DNA from: Octopus bimaculoides
Lineage: Eukaryota
Direction of reading: 5' to 3'
Assembly (NCBI RefSeq): GCF_001194135.2
Contig: NC_068984.1
Location: 90,870,691-90,934,690 of the forward strand
DNA length: 64,000 nt
Part shown: piece by piece, positions 40,500 through 52,324 of the stretch
Layout of the letters: each line of letters begins with the position of its first letter
Numbering within the stretch: position 1 is the first letter of the stretch
Made by a program: the position numbers and the translations under genes
Notes under the pieces: model-generated
Told to the model about the DNA's origin: nothing
What the model saw: the letters and a program-made list of their open reading frames with translations, nothing else
Database searches by the model: none

Positions 40500-41819
40500 A
40501 TCCAAAGGCACTCCTGGTGATTAGCTACATAGGTACAGTTCTTGGTAAAAGATATACAGTAGCAGGTAATTCAGCAAGTAAACTGTAGTTTAAATTATAT
40601 GCAAGAAGAAAATGGAGGAAAAATAAAAGAAAGAAGTTGGTCGTTTGTGCTAGTAAGCCATTAATTTAATTAATAAAGAAGAGTGGTAGTAATAGTACAT
40701 TTACGATCGTTTCTGTTTACCAGTTGCTGTGGTAGGCATCATCAGAATGCATAGACATATGTAGAGGTAGGAAGAGTGAAAGACTTAAGGATCCACTGGT
40801 AATGAGAAGACAAAGAATGGTCAGTCTTACATTATAGTAGATTTCTTAGTTGATAATTCTGCTGTGAAGTGGATGTAGGATGGGTTATTTTGATCTGTAG
40901 TCCCAAGTTTAAGTAAGTGCATGTTTTCCACGTGTTTATTCTGGCTAGACTTTTCACCAGCAGTGTAAAGAAAGGGTGTTAACTCTAACTCATGGTGAAA
41001 AGGGGGCTAACTCTATCTGGATTACTCAGTCCGGGGTGAATAAGGAATTTATGTGTCTTTTGGACTTAAAGCTGTAGGAAGTTCATAGTAATGGAGAAAG
41101 ACCTGTGTAGGTGTAAAATAATTTATTATGGGGTGTGTAAAGTGAGTAGGGGTTAGGAGGTGAATGTTTGCGTGTAAGTAGTTTAAGTGGTTCCTGGCTA
41201 AATGGGATTATTTAGATGAAGAAGTTGGCGTAGGATTTGTACAGAGTCAAGCAGATTTACCGATACTTGGAAAAGACAAAGAGGCCTATACGTAGACAAA
41301 AAAAACTGTTCTCATATTTTCTTTTAAGAAGAGGCAGTTTAGCCATTCTGGGAATTCATCCTGTATGCATGATAGCAAATAAATGCCCACCAGGTCAGTT
41401 ATCTGTGCTGAATCTGAGGCTCCCATAGTGATATCAAAAGAGTTAGGGGAGTCCTTTCGTACCCAAAGTTTATTATCAAAGCTTATAACTGATTTCTTTA
41501 CTTCTAGTATTACTTGTATTTATTTCATAAGTAAATGCGTGCGATTTTTGGCGAATATTAGGGTGCTATTTAGGATCGTAGGGTTAATTGAGGAGTAGTA
41601 ATCTATTATGTCTATCTGTATGAATTTGTAGTTCCTTGCATTCTGTATATTGGAGAACCAGTTTAGGGCTTCATATGTGTTGGACCATAATTCTAGTGCT
41701 ATTCTACTTTTTAACTTAGGGGTGTATTTGTCGAGTATTAGCTTACTTAATTTACATAGGTCCGATTTATTTGGGCATATTAATCTTACTTTAGTATCGG
41801 TTAAGAAATTGGGTTTATG
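40500..41819 (-). mobile_element. Penelope-like element (Naiad-type) RT remnant with 3' pLTR
   Basis: From 41819: HKPNFLTDTKVRLICPNKSDLCKLSKLILD..WSNTYEALNWF..FIQIDIIDYYSSI..(one TAA)..LWVRKDSPNSFDITMGASDSAQITDLVGIYLL. No YxDD seen, so probably internally deleted. Confidence 0.85.
40696..40751 (-). ncRNA. Minimal type-I hammerhead ribozyme, intact core
   Basis: tgcatt-CTGATGA-tgcctacca-cagcaac-tggtaaaca-GAAAC-GATC-GTA-aatgta. Confidence 0.8.
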
Positions 41820-41983
41820 TACATATGTATATATAGATATATGTATATGTGTATATATAGATATATGTATATATAGATATATCTATATATGTATATTTAG
41901 ATATATGTATATATAAAAAAAATTAACAGAATGAGATAAAAATCCAAGGCTGTGAAAGAATTCAGAACATTTATAAATAGAAG

Positions 41984-42031
41984 GTCTTACAGCTGTTTCT
42001 GGGTTAATTTATATATCCCTTCATCGGAGAC
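41984..42031 (-). ncRNA. Minimal type-I hammerhead ribozyme, U4 changed to C
   Basis: gtct-CCGATGA-aggg..ccca-GAAAC-AGCT-GTA-agac. Confidence 0.7.
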
Positions 42032-43643
42032 GGTGTGAGAAGATGGTTAAGCAATAGTTATTCTAGATAAGATATGAAATAGAGAGTGAAGTGGAGGAAT
42101 GAAAATAGACCTGAGATATGCAGGGATATTGTATCTTCAGTTCCATTATTTAGGCAGAATGATATACATATAAGATTCCTGTACCTTGTGAATGTATATA
42201 TATATATATATATATAGATATATATATATATATATATATATACCTTTAGAAAACAGCTAAACAAAGCACAAACATAGTTCACTTATTTGTACACAATTGG
42301 TCAACAGCGAGAAACAATAGTGATTACACAAAAGAACACAAAATAATGCACTTCGAATCTCAAGTTGCACAGCACCCCCAGGTTACCTACACAGTGAAGT
42401 AAAAACTCTAAACACAAAGACCATTTGGATAGGCAGATGAGACTATTTCTTAGTGCAGTGTAAAATCTTTACAATCTTTATCACTACGCTGAAATCACTC
42501 CCAAACAAATCAACATATATTCTTAGTCCAGATAAACATATACAGAAAAAAAAAGTAGCAACAGCATCAACAGTCTTTAAACATTGTGTAAAGGGAACAG
42601 CAACTATCACGCTCTGAATGAGTCCAATAACTAGAATCTACAGGTGTACAGAAATAGACTAGACAGTGGAGAGTATACATATTCAGAACGTCACACTGCA
42701 CCACATGAAATTCACCACTGTATGTACAAATGTGTGCATATAAGTACGTGTGTATGTTGTCTATCGATAAAAATATATCGACGAAGGATATAAACAAGAG
42801 TAAGAAAATGGGGAAAAAAACGAAGTCCTTCAAGATATTAGTTCTGAATTAAACACTTTACTGACACTCTCGCCAATGGATATACAAGAGATCGGCCCAT
42901 TAGACACTTGTAACCAACGACGCTTTTTGGTCATTACCATAGAAATTAAACGAATTAGGGGTTTGCACTTAACCCTTCCCTTAATCTTTTTTTCTTATTA
43001 ACCATATATACGCAAGAAAAAAAAATCAAGAATAAAACTTACGAAACCTTAGCGGGTGAAAAATGTAGCTGTTGAAAGACGTTTGTTACATTACTCGACA
43101 AGACAGTTTTGGTTGAGAGATGGACCAACCTTGTCACTACTTGTCAGTAAACAGCATGCCGCAACACAAAACAAACATTACTATTTGAGCAAACTACGAT
43201 ACTGATAGATTTTTACCATAGCCCTGGTCTGTGCTATCTCATCAAGCTGTTTATAAAATGCATTTTGGTGAATGAAGAATACATGTATTTTTATTGATAA
43301 TTTAACCTACAAATATATACACAAATACTTACAGCCAATTTTCTACAAATTAAACAAATGAAAAAGCTATAAATTATATTAAAAAGGAGGTATATCGCTA
43401 TCAATTTCTAGGGTGTTTACCTAATTTACACGGTAATTTCATACAAGCTACTCAGGAAATAACCCCCCCCCCGCTTCGTTTTAATACAAATAATATGCTC
43501 TAAATATCAGATTTTATACGGAATTCCCTTCAAAGACATTTCCCATCATTACAAGCCAACCAGAAAATAGGTATTTATAATTGTCAAAAATATTTATAAA
43601 TAAGCGAAGATTTAAAGTGTACAGACTTATGAGTAACACTTAA

Positions 43644-44082
43644 TGACAGAGGTAAAGGACATGGACCACACCCTTTTTCGGGTCCCCCCCCCTTACNNNN
43701 NNNNNNNNNNNNNNNNNNNNNNNNNNNNNNNNNNNNNNNNNNNNNNNNNNNNNNNNNNNNNNNNNNNNNNNNNNNNNNNNNNNNNNNNNNNNNNNNNNNN
43801 NNNNNNNNNNNNNNNNNNNNNNNNNNNNNNNNNNNNNNNNNNNNNNNNNNNNNNNNNNNNNNNNNNNNNNNNNNNNNNNNNNNGTTTATGATTCTGGAAA
43901 AAAAAAATTGTAAAATTTCAATTTTTCAGAAGGAAAAAAAAAAAAAAAAATTACCTAAATTTTTGAAATGCCGTTTTTTTTCCTCTGCAGATTCGGAATC
44001 TCCGCAGTCGAACAGGTGGGTTTCTGTAGAAAAAAGGAAAACCGAAAGGGCAGTGCGGTCCATGTCCTTTACCTCCGCTCAC
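43644..44082. mobile_element. Short TIR element (MITE-like) spanning an N-gap
   Basis: gaggtaaaggacatggacc / ggtccatgtcctttacctc inverted ends, with TTAA at 43640-43643 and 44083-44086. Confidence 0.55.
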
Positions 44083-44646
44083 TTAATTTTGTGGCTATGT
44101 GTGTGGCAACCAGCGAAATAGCCAGAACTCGAAATAACAACGCGCGGTTAACCTTCAAGTACTGTACTACATAATTCAATAGTTCAACTTTCACACACCA
44201 TTCAATTTATGTACCTTTTGATATAGTTTCACTATAATCCAATATTCGTAGTATAAGGAGTAACAGCAAACTGTACGTCTACCATATCAATTGTACTGAC
44301 ATTTAAACGTTTGATATTTTATGTAATACTAAAGTTACAAAAGAAAAAGAAAGAAATTGAAACTAAGACAAACATTTATTTACATTGGAATATTGACAGA
44401 TGCATGTATTAATAAAAATAAAAAGAAATTTGAGTATTATGTAGTAAAAATAATTTAGCGTACTGTTCATAAGGTTTTTGGAGAAAAGAAAAGTGATGAT
44501 AAAATAATTTGAACATAACATGGTAATTTCCACCTTGTATATTTATAGATGCATGCACGCACGAGTTGTTCATTTGGGAAATCAAGCATCACAATCTGAA
44601 TGAAATGGAAGGGTTTCAATTGGTGAAATTATTATTGAATACTCAC

Positions 44647-44760
44647 CTTTATTAAGAAGTGGAACACTGGATTTGAGTGACATAATCAACCAGTGATACA
44701 ATAGTCAATGCTCCGCTTAATGCTTCTCTCAACTTAATATCACGACGACAACTCGTTGAC
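44647..44760 (-). other. Candidate first exon of an unidentified minus-strand gene (ATG at 44683, MSLKSSVPLLNK+G)
   Basis: Strong donor AAG|GTGAGT at 44647/44646, immediately downstream of a GGAAGTGACGT promoter-like motif. Confidence 0.4.
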
Positions 44761-44761
44761 A

Positions 44762-45712
44762 GGAAGTGACGTGATATTGTATCTCATGGCTTTCGTCTGA
44801 ACTTATCGATACGGTTGTTTTAGAGAGGAACAGAAAATACACACTATGGAGATTTGTAGTATGCATGCATCTTCCTCTATGATGTATATATACTTTCTAA
44901 CCACTTGCGATAAATGTTATTTATAACAAAGTCTTAACGAAAGTTATTTAGAACAGAATTAAAAGAAACTGTGTAGCCCTTACGAATTGTCACACAGAAA
45001 GTGGGGATTTATTCGATTATTTTAAAATTAAAAAATGAATTTAATTTTATTCAACATTTTCTTTCGTCTGTGATTAATAACTTACGGACATTTCTCTTAA
45101 GTAGGAATTACCTGCTGACATGGTATTTTACTAGTCACTGAAGTGCGATTTTGGGGTACTGCCTTCGTATCGACCTCAATACCTGAATATTTGTTCATGC
45201 ATTTCTTATTTTATCTATTTTTATACGTCGAACCACAAGACATAAAGGAGTACAACAAACACAGACATAATATAAATTTTGTAACCAAACGAAAGAATAG
45301 GTCGTGTCGATTAATTGCTCAGGGAGAAGTAATGATTAAAATATAGTTTATTCAAGTTAAAACTAACAACACATTTATAAACCCCAAGTTCCAGAATAAT
45401 AACTGACAACTCCAAACGGAAGTGACGTAAAACATATTTAATGTTTACGAGAACACAACTTTGTTCTCGTGGAATATATCTCATCTGATGGAACAATTTG
45501 ACGTCTTCGGAAACGAAGGCTTTCGGTAAATTTCTTCATAAAATGTAGGTTGGATGTTATTCTTTCCTAATATATTTTGTTTGATTGCTTATTTTTTTAT
45601 TTTCAAAAAATTCTGCATTTATATTAACGATCCTTAAAAATATATATATTTTAATCTCCAGTCGCAGCTATTGCTTTTCCATGGGTTTTCAATTCCAAAC
45701 CCGGCGCCATTT
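44762..45712. promoter_or_regulatory. Putative bidirectional housekeeping promoter
   Basis: GGAAGTGACGT at 44762-44772, CGGAAGTGACGT at 45417-45428 (ETS/CRE composite) and YY1-like CGCCATTT at 45705-45712. CpG is visibly more frequent over about 42.8-47.3 kb. Confidence 0.55.
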
Positions 45713-47682
45713 CAGAGTTCCGAATTTCTTTGTCCAGATCTGATCGCTTATATTTTCTTATATTACTAAATTTTCTTTCAACATTTCTAAGCAATTCATT
45801 TTGCATCTTGAACATGTCCGATAATGGATTATTTATATTTCAATGAACCATTATATTTACTCCCCAAAAGAAATTCTTTCTTGCCGGTATTATTAAGACA
45901 AACGTTCCTAAGTCAATACAAAAGGGTTTCCAGTTTGTGTGTGTGAGTGTAAAGAAATATTTATGATTATATTGCTTGATCTAAGAATGAAAACTTACTC
46001 AAAACACGAGATCGTTGTTTATGAAAATAGTACGATAATCTTTTATTTTTTATTGTTCTACAAAACCAAAACCATCGCGATGTGTATAAGATGTGTAGCC
46101 TATTTCAAACCTCTTTCTATATAGTTGATAACATCGTCAATGATATCAAATATACTACTTCATGCCTCATCATTCATATATACAATGACTGCGTGCCTTA
46201 TCATTCATAAATATAAATACTTAGCAACACACACCTAAACATTTCTGAAACTTGATCTTAAAATGTTTCTCATCTGGCCCATCCAAATTTACCCCAAATA
46301 ATATCGTGCAAAGAAAAACTAGATGATGCAAATTATCCTAGATGAACTTCATCGAAAACGAAGTCTATTCTAGATTTAACTCATACCTGAGAACAACAGC
46401 GTAGTCAGACATGCGGTGTGTGCGATGTCACAGCTCGGACATGTTACTCTCTCCACTTTGTTGTTTTAGTTCATCTCAGATCTATTATCAAAGGCGTCCT
46501 AGTCGTGACTACCTCATCTTTTTATGTATCAAGGTCTACATTGTTCTATATATCGATTATATAAGATGCTAGGGTGTGATTTGAGGGTAATTTTTGTAGA
46601 TCGAGCAGCAAAAATTGACTACAGATTGGTGCCCCTCTCGATTTTGTTTCTTCATAAGTTTCTGGAAAAAAAAAATTCATATTGTGTAGTAAATCTTTGC
46701 AGGGATACGTTTTTGAGAGACTGATTATAAATAATATATTTAAACTCTTATATTTCGAATCACCGTCCACTTCGACTTTGTTACCTCATAACGCTCTTTA
46801 AAATGGATATTTTAAATAGAATTTTGCAGAACTACGTTTTCAAGAGCATAGATTATATAATATTCATGTTTCAAACATATAAAACTGAAAAATAACGAGA
46901 CTTACCTTAAGTTATAGAAATTGGTCTTAACTAAGTCGGTGGAGAAGAATAATCTGAAACTAATCCAAACGTTTTTTTATTTATTTTGTTTGTTTTGTTT
47001 TTCTGCATTTTATCTATACAATTATAATCTACACACTCTCGAAAATGTATTTCTGCAAAATGTGATTAAAAAAATATGCCAGGACTGGGGAGAATGATCC
47101 AAAACTTCTCTAATACAATTTTTTAACGTTATTAACGTAGTTGTAATGTACATTCTCGACAACGTATCTGCAAAATTTATTTTAAAAATATGGTATACTT
47201 TTGCTATTATACCCGTTTCACTTTGTAAATGTGATTTACCTAATGAGCGAATGGTTTTCCGACGATTTTAAGGGTCAGATTCTTTCAAACCTCAAAACCC
47301 ATAGGAAGGACATAGGCGGAGGTTGTTCGCCACCCGACTCCACTTCCCCCACCCCCACACAAATTTCCCCGTCATTTTTAACTGTATTTTTGTTCTTTTA
47401 CAGTTAATCAGGAAACATAGGTGATAATTTTAGTTCCTGCATTATTATTTTGTTAACAACTTAATATCTAGAACCCTAAAGACTTATCCTGAATTATGAT
47501 AGATTTGTTTGATCAGAAACAAATTTCTTGAGACTTCAAATGTTTCTTATTGTTTTTCTTCTCATTCCCAATCTTGTTTTCTTTTAGAATTGACATAACT
47601 TTCTAAAGATATGCTGCATTATTCTTTATTAACACTCCAAATAAAAATGTGATAGTGGATGTGAGAATATGATTTTGTATTG

Positions 47683-48232
47683 AACGTTGGGCCTCACAGA
47701 GGCAATGACAAGAGACCGAGACCTTTGGAGATATGTTGTGATCGAGAAGACCAACAAGTAAAGTGAGATCGCAGCTGTAGCTGATACCAGTTTCGCATAA
47801 TCAGCCAATTTAAAAGTACCTTTGAATCGCCGGGCAACATGCTATGCTTGAGAAGACCTGTTAAGTCAAGTGAAATCATAATTGTAGCTGATGTCAGGGC
47901 TCCCTGACTGGCTCTCCATGCTGGTGACATTTAATAAGCATCATTCAAGTGTGGGTCAATGCCAGGGCTGCCTGACTGGCTCTCTGTGCTGGTGGCACAT
48001 AAAAAGCACCATCCGAACGTAGTTGATACCAGTGCTACCTGACTACCTGACTGGCTCTTGTGCCAGTGGCATGTAAAAAGCACCCACTACACTCCCAGAG
48101 TGGTTGGCGTTAGGAAGGGCATCCAGCTGTAGAAACCTTGCCAGATCAGACTGGAGCTTGGTGCAGCCTGCTGGCTTGCTAGTCCTCTGTCAAACCGTCC
48201 ACCTATGCCAGCATGGAAAATGGACATTAATT
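47683..48232 (+). mobile_element. RTE 3' fragment (ORF end, 3' UTR, tail)
   Basis: 'gaacgttgggcctcacagaggcaatgac..gagacctttggagatatg' through to 'ccagcatggaaaatggac'. Confidence 0.85.
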
Positions 48233-48959
48233 GCTGAAATCTACTGGGTAGGACTCACTACTTTATAACATCAAATTTAATGTAGACTATTTCGTAAGTA
48301 ACAAGTTTATTAGCATTAACTGGAATATGTCTCAAAGATTTTTTTGACTTCATATTCTTATTAAATGTCCAGAACATCTCCTTTTATATAGTAATAAACC
48401 TTTTGCTGCTTTTCAGTTGTGATTCAAAAGTTTCTTTCACTTTTTCACATGCTAACATAATTGTAATGGTGTAAGTTCAATATGTATCGTTGTCATCACC
48501 ATCAAGTAAACAACGGCTACATCAGTACTGCTGAGAGTCCTTATCAAAATTAAGCAGCACACTCTGGTTCCCATGCTATTCAGCACATAATGATAGACAG
48601 TCAAACATGTATATGCTTGCTTGAGAAGAGGTCTGGAGTAAAATGCCAAGATTTCATGTACTGGAAAAAATAAATTATATTAAATATGCAAAGTGAGCTA
48701 TTAAAGAAAAATATCATGGTTTGATCAGGATTCAAATTGAAAATATTTCTTGAAGTGTTACAGAGTTATGAGTTGTTGATTAAAGCCTAAGTAGAGTTAA
48801 GGTTTAGCAAAAAAATAACACAGTGGTAATACTGATTGATGGAATTCTGCTTGTAATATGATCACTGGTATGCACTTAGTATGCTTCTGTTCAGAGAGAA
48901 TTTTTTACATGTCAGTACTAAAACCGTTTGTCACCAAAGCCACTCAGAATTTACTTCCA

Positions 48960-49600
48960 TTACTTCTTTTACTTGTTTCAGTCATTAGACAGTGGAGTAT
49001 GCTGGGGCACTAGCCTTGAAGAATTTTTAGCTGCCTGAATTGACACCAGTACTTATTTTTTTATAAGCCTGGTATTCTCTCAGTTTCTTTTGCTGAATTG
49101 TTAAGTTACAAGATGTAAACATACCAACACCAGTTATCAAACAGTGGTGGGAGACAAACACACACACACCTGCATGCATATTGTGTGTGTGTATATATAT
49201 ATATATAGGTAAATGATAGGATTGCTTCAATATTTCAGGGGTAGTCTGAAGTATCCAAGCAACCAGGGGATATTTAAATCCGGAGGCACTCCTGGGAATT
49301 ACTTGTGTGGGTACCGTCTTCGTTAGAAGGTATCCAGAGGCTGGTAATTTATTGTTTAAACTGCAGTTTATAATTATAGTTATGTGGAGAATGAAGAAAC
49401 AAACACAAGAAGAAGCAAGTCAACTGAGCTAGTTAGCCATTGATTTAATTATGTGGAGATTATATATATATATACACACACACACACACAGTGGGATTCT
49501 TTCAGTTTCCATCTACCAAATTCACTCACAAGGTTTTGGTCAGCCTGAGGTTATAGTAGATGACACTTGCCCAAGGTGCCAAGCAGTGGGACTGAACCTT
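48960..49600 (-). mobile_element. SINE split at its internal microsatellite by about 250 bp of other sequence
   Basis: 3' half at about 48960-49200 and 5' half at about 49455-49600. Confidence 0.65.
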
Positions 49601-49746
49601 GTGAATGAAATGTACTCACAGACTGTGAAAGTTATTATCTTATTCCTTTTTAAAGTATTTTGTTATCAATTTACTTTACATCTATCATTTTCATATGAAT
49701 GCATTCATCAACTAATATGTATTTATATCTTTTTGCAGCTTCCATC

Positions 49747-50682
49747 ATGAGTAATAATCAAATCAGACTTCAGTGCAAGAGCAGTGCTGGTAAACATGTA
49801 CTCACTGGTTTAACTATGCAGTCTACTGTTGCTTGTCTGAAGCAGCTTATTACCAAAGTCACCAACATTCCTTCAGAACAACAAAAAATCTTTTATGGTT
49901 ATCCTCCAAAGCATGCTAATCTTAGTGATGACAACTTACAGCTTTCAAATTGTCCTTTCCGATCTGGAGATCTTCTTATTGTGGAAAAGAGCCTGGGTTC
50001 AAAGGTCAAAGATTCCTCTAGTAAACCAATTTCTTCCATTGAAAAATGTACTACTATACCAAAGACTAGGAAATCATCAGGTATATTAATACGAAAGGTT
50101 GTACCAGCCAATAATTCTTGTTTGTTCACAAGTGTTAACACAGTGATGAATAATGGATTGGTTGATCTTTCATGTGCTGATTCTATGCGGAAATTAGCTG
50201 CAAAAATAGTTATGAATGATCCAGTAACATATTCTACAGCTTTACTTGGACAGGAGAATTCTAAATATATTAACTGGCTTTTAAAAGAAGATTCTTGGGG
50301 GGGTGCTATTGAAATTTCTGTGCTAAGCAAACATTATAATGTCGAAATTGATGTGGTTGACACACAATCAGGTCGTATTGATCGATTTGGTGAAGATCAA
50401 AAATACGATAAAAGAGTATTATTGATTTATGATGGAATTCACTATGATCCTTTGATATTGGAACTTGATGATTCTACATGTGAGACTATTTTTTCGACTA
50501 GTGATGATGATGTGTTGCAGCAAGCCCTTGAAATTGCAGCTGTTGCTAAAGCAAATAGGCAATTTACTGATGTGAATAAATTTACTTTACGTTGTATAGT
50601 TTGTCAGACCCAGTTAACAGGCCAGTCAGAAGCTCAACAACATGCTGAGCAGACTGGTCACATTCAATTTGGACAGATTTAA
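49747..50682 (+). CDS. YOD1: OTU-family deubiquitinase YOD1/OTU1 (OTUD2), 311 aa, single coding exon
   Basis: N-terminal UBX/Ubl-like domain (QQKIFYGYPPK). OTU domain RKVVPANNSCLFTSV..SWGGAIEISVLS..LLIYDGIHYDPL. C-terminal C2H2 finger CIVC-x12-H-x5-H. Using the ATG at 49747 rather than 49699 is inferred from the acceptor at 49738. Confidence 0.96.
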   Translation: MSNNQIRLQCKSSAGKHVLTGLTMQSTVACLKQLITKVTNIPSEQQKIFYGYPPKHANLSDDNLQLSNCPFRSGDLLIVEKSLGSKVKDSSSKPISSIEKCTTIPKTRKSSGILIRKVVPANNSCLFTSVNTVMNNGLVDLSCADSMRKLAAKIVMNDPVTYSTALLGQENSKYINWLLKEDSWGGAIEISVLSKHYNVEIDVVDTQSGRIDRFGEDQKYDKRVLLIYDGIHYDPLILELDDSTCETIFSTSDDDVLQQALEIAAVAKANRQFTDVNKFTLRCIVCQTQLTGQSEAQQHAEQTGHIQFGQI

Positions 50683-51057
50683 TTATGTATTCCAATTATC
50701 AGGTTAATCAGTTGTGTTGGTGTAACTTGTATGATAAGTGTCATGTACTTTATATACAATCAACATATTCAGTTGAAAAATTTTTAATATATGTGGGGTT
50801 TTTTTCGTCTCTTTATTTTTTAGTAACTCATCTTAATGTTTAAAGCATTCAGGGATTTTCTAAATTTTATCTTCAAGCATTTGGAATCAAAATTTTTAAT
50901 TTAATGTGCAAATACAGTAATATAATTTAATGTCGAATGTTATTTGTTGAATTGAATAGGTCTTAAGTAATTAAATGAACTATGTCAATATAATTATATA
51001 TGTATGTATGTGTGTGTGTGTTCGTTTGAGTGCACTGATAAAAAGTTCTTGTTATTG

Positions 51058-51084
<27 letters not shown>

Positions 51085-51090
<6 letters not shown>

Positions 51091-51358
51091 AGTCCTCAGA
51101 CAAACCGTCCAACCTATGCCGGCATGGAAAGTGGATGTTAAACGATGATGATATATATATACACACACACACACCACATAATATTTACATACATACATAC
51201 ATATATATATATATCATCATCATCATCATCATCATCATCATTTAACGTCCGCTTTCCATGCTAGCATGGGTTGGACGACTTGACTGAGGACTGGTGGACC
51301 AGGAGGCGACACCAGGCTCCAATCTAATTTGGCAGAGTTTCTACAGCTGGATGCCCTA
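51085..51358. mobile_element. Two RTE-tail fragments in opposite orientation with (TA)/(CAT) microsatellites
   Basis: Plus copy at 51085-51152 and minus copy at 51225-51358. Confidence 0.75.
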
Positions 51359-51532
51359 CATATGTATGTGCATATATTTATATTAATAAACATTGAGAGA
51401 TCACTATATGGATCCCTTGTATGCTAACAATAGACATCAAACTGTCTTACTATGCTAGTAACACACTAGATGTTTATGAGCTAGACAAATGAAAAGAAAT
51501 AAACATATATATTCATATATATATATATGTGA

Positions 51533-51602
<70 letters not shown>

Positions 51603-52324
51603 ATATATCTATGCATATACATATTTATATGTATTATATATGTATATATATATAAAGGAATACAAAAAATGGGACACTAANNNNNNNNNNNNNNNNNNNN
51701 NNNNNNNNNNNNNNNNNNNNNNNNNNNNNNNNNNNNNNNNNNNNNNNNNNNNNNNNNNNNNNNNNNNNNNNNNNNNNNNNNNNNNNNNNNNNNNNNNNNN
51801 NNNNNNNNNNNNNNNNNNNNNNNNNNNNNNNNNNNNNNNNNNNNNNNNNNNNNNNNNNNNNNNNNNNNNNNNNNNNNNNNNNNNNNNNNNNNNNNNNNNN
51901 NNNNNNNNNNNNNNNNNNNNNNNNNNNNNNNNNNNNNNNNNNNNNNNNNNNNNNNNNNNNNNNNNNNNNNNNNNNNNNNNNNNNNNNNNNNNNNNNNNNN
52001 NNNNNNNNNNNNNNNNNNNNNNNNNNNNNNNNNNNNNNNNNNNNNNNNNNNNNNNNNNNNNNNNNNNNNNNNNNNNNNNNNNNNNNNNNNNNNNNNNNNN
52101 NNNNNNNNNNNNNNNNNNNNNNNNNNNNNNNNNNNNNNNNNNNNNNNNNNNNNNNNNNNNNNNNNNNNNNNNNNNNNNNNNNNNNNNNNNNNNNNNNNNN
52201 NNNNNNNNNNNNNNNNNNNNNNNNNNNNNNNNNNNNNNTCAACAACAATATGAGATGTGATAGTAAAATATAAGTATGTATGTGTGTGCCATTTAATATA
52301 CAAAATGCAAGCTATTTTAAGTTT

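Larger units (their letters stand above)
45526..49738 (+). other. Putative 5'-UTR intron of YOD1
   Basis: Acceptor tttatatctttttgcag| at 49738, 8 nt before the ATG, is well supported. The donor TCG|GTAAAT at 45526 is only a candidate. Confidence 0.45.

Noticed and set aside
1-44600. PFKFB coding exons, by analogy to the human YOD1 neighbour
   Set aside because: No GLPARGKT or other PFKFB motif was seen by eye on the minus strand.
49699-49746. Upstream in-frame ATG extending YOD1 by 16 aa
   Set aside because: It lies in a polypyrimidine tract ending in a good acceptor at 49738, so it is probably intronic.
49899-50330. 143-aa antisense ORF within YOD1
   Set aside because: Shadow frame of a real CDS with no recognisable motifs.
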